Shown here piece after piece: positions 62,911 to 64,000 of a stretch of 64,000 nucleotides of DNA. Positions within the stretch are counted from its first letter, which is position 1; each line of letters starts with the position of its first letter. The DNA is from Chiloscyllium plagiosum (lineage: Eukaryota). The notes beneath the pieces are model-generated. The model did not search any database, was not told the DNA's origin, and saw only the letters and a program-made list of their open reading frames with translations. Made by a program: the position numbers and the translations under genes. Location of the stretch: contig NC_057734.1 of NCBI RefSeq assembly GCF_004010195.1, forward strand, positions 24,568,725-24,632,724. The letters are read 5' to 3'.

Positions 62911-64000
62911 GTTAGAGTGATGAGGCCAGTAGTAATGCCCCTACAATTTTCCCGTAAGGTAAATCATTATACGGCAGGAATCCAACCTGGTATCTTGTTG
63001 ATCTAATTGGCTGAGCTCCTCATTGCTTTAACCAACTCACTGGCCGCTCAAGCTCCTGTCTAATACGAGTGCAACGAGAGATTCACCAAAGATACTTGGA
63101 AGGCCTTCATGTTATTCATAATCACAAAAGTAAAACTGTTAAGGCAAATAAAGAGATGAACCAAATTATTTTCTTGATCAAATTAGACCTTAATTACTGT
63201 TTTGAGAACTAAGTTTGATTAATTGAGCTAATAGCTTTGGGGTACAGTACTAAGTTTATTTTGGGGATACTCTCTGAAAATTTAATGTCACTGTTCTCAA
63301 ACCATAAATCTATTTGATTCACACATTTTGAAGATGTGATTCATATTGCTGACATGCAGGATTCTGAGAATTCTTAACTATCCCAATATTTGGTAGACTA
63401 CATATGGCCTATTTTTATGGAATATTATAAATACCATTGATTTGAAAAACAATAAATCTTTCTTGTTGGCTTCCAATATGATAAACCCTGACTACAGCAG
63501 TGAGAAGTGCTTCTTTGTAAATGTTTGGGTGCACTGCAGTGATTTCTTTCCTCATTGCTAAGTTTTTTTTTGAGGAACTCCCAGACTGTTCTGCAGCACA
63601 GCTTTTAAACTTGTTTTAATTGTAGGTAAACCTGAATTTATCCACATTCCTAGTTATATGGTCATAGACTGCCTGTTCAAATGGAATTGAGTTAAACTGT
63701 ACACAGCCCATCCTAGTAGGAGTGACGGTCTTGTTTCCTTGAAGCACATTAAAGAACTGTTTGTTTTTTAGAGCGATTTGACTGCATTCTTTGTTGTTTT
63801 CTGTTTTTATTCACAACCCAGTTATCAGATTTATTGAATTTTATGCTTTGAGTACAGTACCATAACTATTATATCTCCATATTTATTCATTAAAGCAATG
63901 TTATGTTGGTTATAGTTTTGTCATTTTAAAGGGAGGTTTCATAAATATATCTGGATAGATGCACACTTGTTTAGAGTTCTGTTATTTAGTATTAGAAGAA

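Noticed and set aside
48382-64000. ANAPC7 exon 3 (expected to resemble CLPSEIEVKYKMAEC)
   Set aside because: Not found by eye in any frame; probably lies beyond the window, though a miss cannot be excluded.

Overview
Vertebrate genomic DNA, most likely from an elasmobranch (shark), judging by HE1-type V-SINEs, abundant CR1 LINEs and Penelope-like elements. Three spliced genes can be reconstructed with GT-AG boundaries. ARPC3 (+) is complete: 7 coding exons, 5007-20332, 178 aa. A UBE2G1-like E2 gene (-) is complete and intact: 5 coding exons, 43477-29879, 169 aa, plus a probable non-coding 3'UTR exon. ANAPC7 (+) is represented by its first two exons, from 43939. The E2 gene is convergent with ARPC3 and head-to-head with ANAPC7 (ATGs 461 bp apart). 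As I recall, mammals have no gene at this position, so it may be a retained whole-genome-duplication paralogue. Most remaining sequence is transposon-derived. Penelope termini carry minimal hammerhead-ribozyme motifs, and several very short TSD-flanked inserts begin or fold back at the ribozyme core. Other oddities are a CR1 tail 18 nt from an ARPC3 acceptor, a 30-bp GC minisatellite in the ARPC3 promoter, a tandem array of Pol III-like units, and an LTR pair. There are two assembly gaps (15302-15851, 60346-60397). No database searches were run; family names come from recalled sequences.
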